From Deltaproteobacteria bacterium (GTDB lineage Bacteria; Myxococcota; Myxococcia; Myxococcales; 40CM-4-68-19), in the NCBI GenBank assembly GCA_043782525.1, contig JAYWAJ010000452.1:1-57192 (forward strand): 57,192 bases of DNA, given 5' to 3'. A model generated the notes under the pieces. That model was not told the origin of the DNA, made no database searches, and worked only from the letters and a program-made list of their open reading frames with translations. Shown piece by piece: positions 55,293 to 57,192 of the stretch (positions within the stretch are counted from its first letter, which is position 1; each line of letters starts with the position of its first letter). A program made the translations under genes and the position numbers.

Positions 55293-57011
55293 GTGCGCGC
55301 CTTGAGCCTCGCTCCCACCGAGGCGCAGCGCCTCTTCCTCCTCACCGTCGTCATCGGCGGCGTGTGTGGCCTCGCGGCCGTGCTCTTCCACCTGGCGATC
55401 CGCTTCGTCGAGCGCCTGGCGATCGGCCAGGCAATGTCCGCGCCGGGCGAGTCGTGGATCCCCTGGACGATCGTCACGCCCGTCCTCGGCGGTCTCGTCA
55501 GCGGCGCGCTCTTGCACTACGTCGTTCCAGGGGCGCGCGGGAGCGGCGTGCCGCAGGTGAAGGCCGCTTACGGGCTCGGCGGTCGCGTGCCCTTCCGCGA
55601 CGCGGTCGGCAAGTTCGCCATTGGGACGATCCAGATCGGAACCGGCGCGTCGCTCGGGCGCGAGGGACCGACGGTGCAGATCTGCGCCGGCATCGCGGGA
55701 TTGGTGGGGCGGATCGCATCGCTCTCGCCGAAGAACCTGCGGCGGCTCCTCCCGGTCGGCGTAGCCGCGGGGATCGCCGCCGCGTTCAACGCTCCGATCA
55801 GCGCCGTGACCTTCACCATCGAGGAGGTCGTCGGCGACCTCGACCAGACCGTGCTCTCGGGCGTTGTCGTCGCCGCCGCCCTCGCCGCCGTCGTCGAGCG
55901 CAGCGTGCTGGGCGAGCACCCCGTCTTCGAAGTCTCCCGCAAGTACGGCCTGAACCATCCCTCGTCCATCCTTCTCTACGCGGCGCTGGGTGTCGCCGCC
56001 GCCGTCGTCTCGCTCGGCTTCACCGATTCGCTCCTCGATCTGCGCCGGTGGTTCGCGCGGCACCCCTTCGCTCGGTGGGCGCACCCGGCGGCCGGCGGCC
56101 TCGTCACGGGGCTCCTCGCCGTCGTCGCCTTGGCCTTGCTCAAGGCCCGCGGCGTCACCGGCGGCGGCTACGAGACGCTCGCCGAAGCGCTCTCGGGCAC
56201 TCTCGGCTTCCGCGTCATGCTCGCGCTCTGCGCCATGAAGCTCGTCGCCACGGTGTTCTGCTACTCGAGCGGCGGCGCGGGCGGCATCTTCGCGCCGGCG
56301 CTGTTCATCGGCGCCATGCTCGGCGGGGCAGTGGGATTTCTCGACGTGCGCCTCCTCGGCCACGGCCACGAGGAGCTCGGCAACTTCGCGCTGGTGGGCA
56401 TGGGCGCCGTGTTCGCGGGGATCGTCCGGGCGCCCATCACGTCGGTGCTCATCATCTTCGAGATGACGGGCGGCTACGGCCTGGTCCTGCCCTTGATGAT
56501 CGCCAACATGACCTCGTACGGCCTCGCGCGCCACTGGCGGCCGACGCCGATCTACGAGGCGCTGCTCGAACAGGACGGCATCCACCTCCCGCACCGCCGG
56601 CGGTCGGTGACGCAGTCCCTCGAGGGCGTGCGGGCGGAGGCGGCGATGGCGCGCCCGCCGCCGCTGCTCGCCGGCGCGACCTACCAGGAGGTGCTGGCGG
56701 CCTTCAGCGGCGGCGCGCACGACGCCCATCCGGTGGTGGACGAGCGCGGCGCTCTCGTCGGCCTGCTCTCCCTCTCGGACCTGCGCCCGGTGCTGGGGGA
56801 AGACCTGCACGGCCTGGCCGTGGCCGGAGACCTCTGCCGCCGCCCGCCGCCGACCATCGCCGAGGACGAGGATCTCGCCGCCGCGCTCGAGCGGATGGCC
56901 GGGGGCGGCGTCGACGAGTTGGTCGTCGTCTCGACGACGGATCCGACGCGGCCGCTCGGCGTGCTCACCCGGGCCGGCCTCTACGAGGCGCTGCGACGCT
57001 CGATCGCGTGA
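55293..57011 (+). CDS. ClC-family voltage-gated chloride channel / H+-Cl- antiporter with two C-terminal CBS domains
   Basis: 'GSGVPQV', 'GREGPTVQ', 'GGIFAPALFIGA', 'ITSVLIIFEMTG'. CBS pair 'HPVVDERGALVGLLSLSDL' and 'ELVVVSTTDPTRPLGVLTRAGL'. The GTG start at 55293 is a guess. Confidence 0.88.
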   Translation: MRALSLAPTEAQRLFLLTVVIGGVCGLAAVLFHLAIRFVERLAIGQAMSAPGESWIPWTIVTPVLGGLVSGALLHYVVPGARGSGVPQVKAAYGLGGRVPFRDAVGKFAIGTIQIGTGASLGREGPTVQICAGIAGLVGRIASLSPKNLRRLLPVGVAAGIAAAFNAPISAVTFTIEEVVGDLDQTVLSGVVVAAALAAVVERSVLGEHPVFEVSRKYGLNHPSSILLYAALGVAAAVVSLGFTDSLLDLRRWFARHPFARWAHPAAGGLVTGLLAVVALALLKARGVTGGGYETLAEALSGTLGFRVMLALCAMKLVATVFCYSSGGAGGIFAPALFIGAMLGGAVGFLDVRLLGHGHEELGNFALVGMGAVFAGIVRAPITSVLIIFEMTGGYGLVLPLMIANMTSYGLARHWRPTPIYEALLEQDGIHLPHRRRSVTQSLEGVRAEAAMARPPPLLAGATYQEVLAAFSGGAHDAHPVVDERGALVGLLSLSDLRPVLGEDLHGLAVAGDLCRRPPPTIAEDEDLAAALERMAGGGVDELVVVSTTDPTRPLGVLTRAGLYEALRRSIA

Positions 57012-57192
57012 GGGCGCGGTGATCTCGACCCGCTCCACGCGCGGGCTGAAGGCCATTGCTCTCTACCGGAAACGAAGCCTGGTGCAGAGCAAGGCCGCGC
57101 GGCGGCAGCCTCGGGTTCAGCCATCCTTATCCACAATCGCAGCCTGCCGGAACGCCCGTACGTTCGCCTGCAGCTGGAGCATGCGGCGGATC

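Noticed and set aside
57117-57192. A possible 3' end of a minus-strand gene at the window edge ('...IRRMLQLQANVRAFRQAAIVDKDG*').
   Set aside because: Only 24 codons are visible and no motif is recognisable, so it cannot be supported.

Overview
A very GC-rich bacterial chromosomal segment. The gene content (many sigma-54, PAS and hybrid-kinase regulators, lipoproteins, BNR proteins) suggests a Myxococcota/deltaproteobacterium-like organism, but that is inference only. All calls come from reading the six-frame track and motifs by eye; no searches were run.

Layout:
- 1-4.7 kb: PhoR tail and pstSCAB-phoU.
- 4.7-11.4 kb: secreted beta-helix protein, a solo REP-associated-type Y1 (HUH) transposase, a PAP2 + GT21 glycosyltransferase pair, a THUMP methyltransferase, and small envelope proteins.
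- 11.4-30.8 kb: the most interesting part. This is an almost entirely minus-strand envelope locus with four paralogous DUF3494 (ice-binding-like) lipoproteins, two of them with tandem Ig-like domains. It also holds an OmpA-family protein, a small coiled-coil protein and one plus-strand FHA/sigma-54 enhancer-binding protein. A long operon encodes a hybrid kinase, a REC-PP2C-HATPase fusion, a STAS protein, a STAS-MlaE/MlaF/MlaD/lipoprotein ABC system and two AI-2E transporters. Three good -24/-12 promoter matches and recurring CGRACGTYCG palindromes sit in its intergenic regions.
- 31-34 kb: beta-propeller / outer-membrane barrel / cupredoxin-like / YceI operon.
- 34.8-39.5 kb: an FeS-type cryptochrome/photolyase, convergent with a 4xPAS hybrid kinase whose ORF has no in-frame stop.
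- 39.5-48.5 kb: BNR/sortilin-like and sialidase-like secreted proteins, an MscS channel and a fasciclin lipoprotein.
- 48.5-55.3 kb: ECF sigma/anti-sigma pair, dipeptidase and CIA30 protein, mixed with clear gene decay: a PAS kinase with an internal deletion and 3' truncation, plus cyclase, Ig-like, DUF4265-like and ABC-ATPase fragments.
- 55.3-57 kb: ClC channel with CBS domains.

No rRNA, tRNA, CRISPR array, integrase or prophage was seen. Many long ORFs in the track are GC-driven shadow ORFs.
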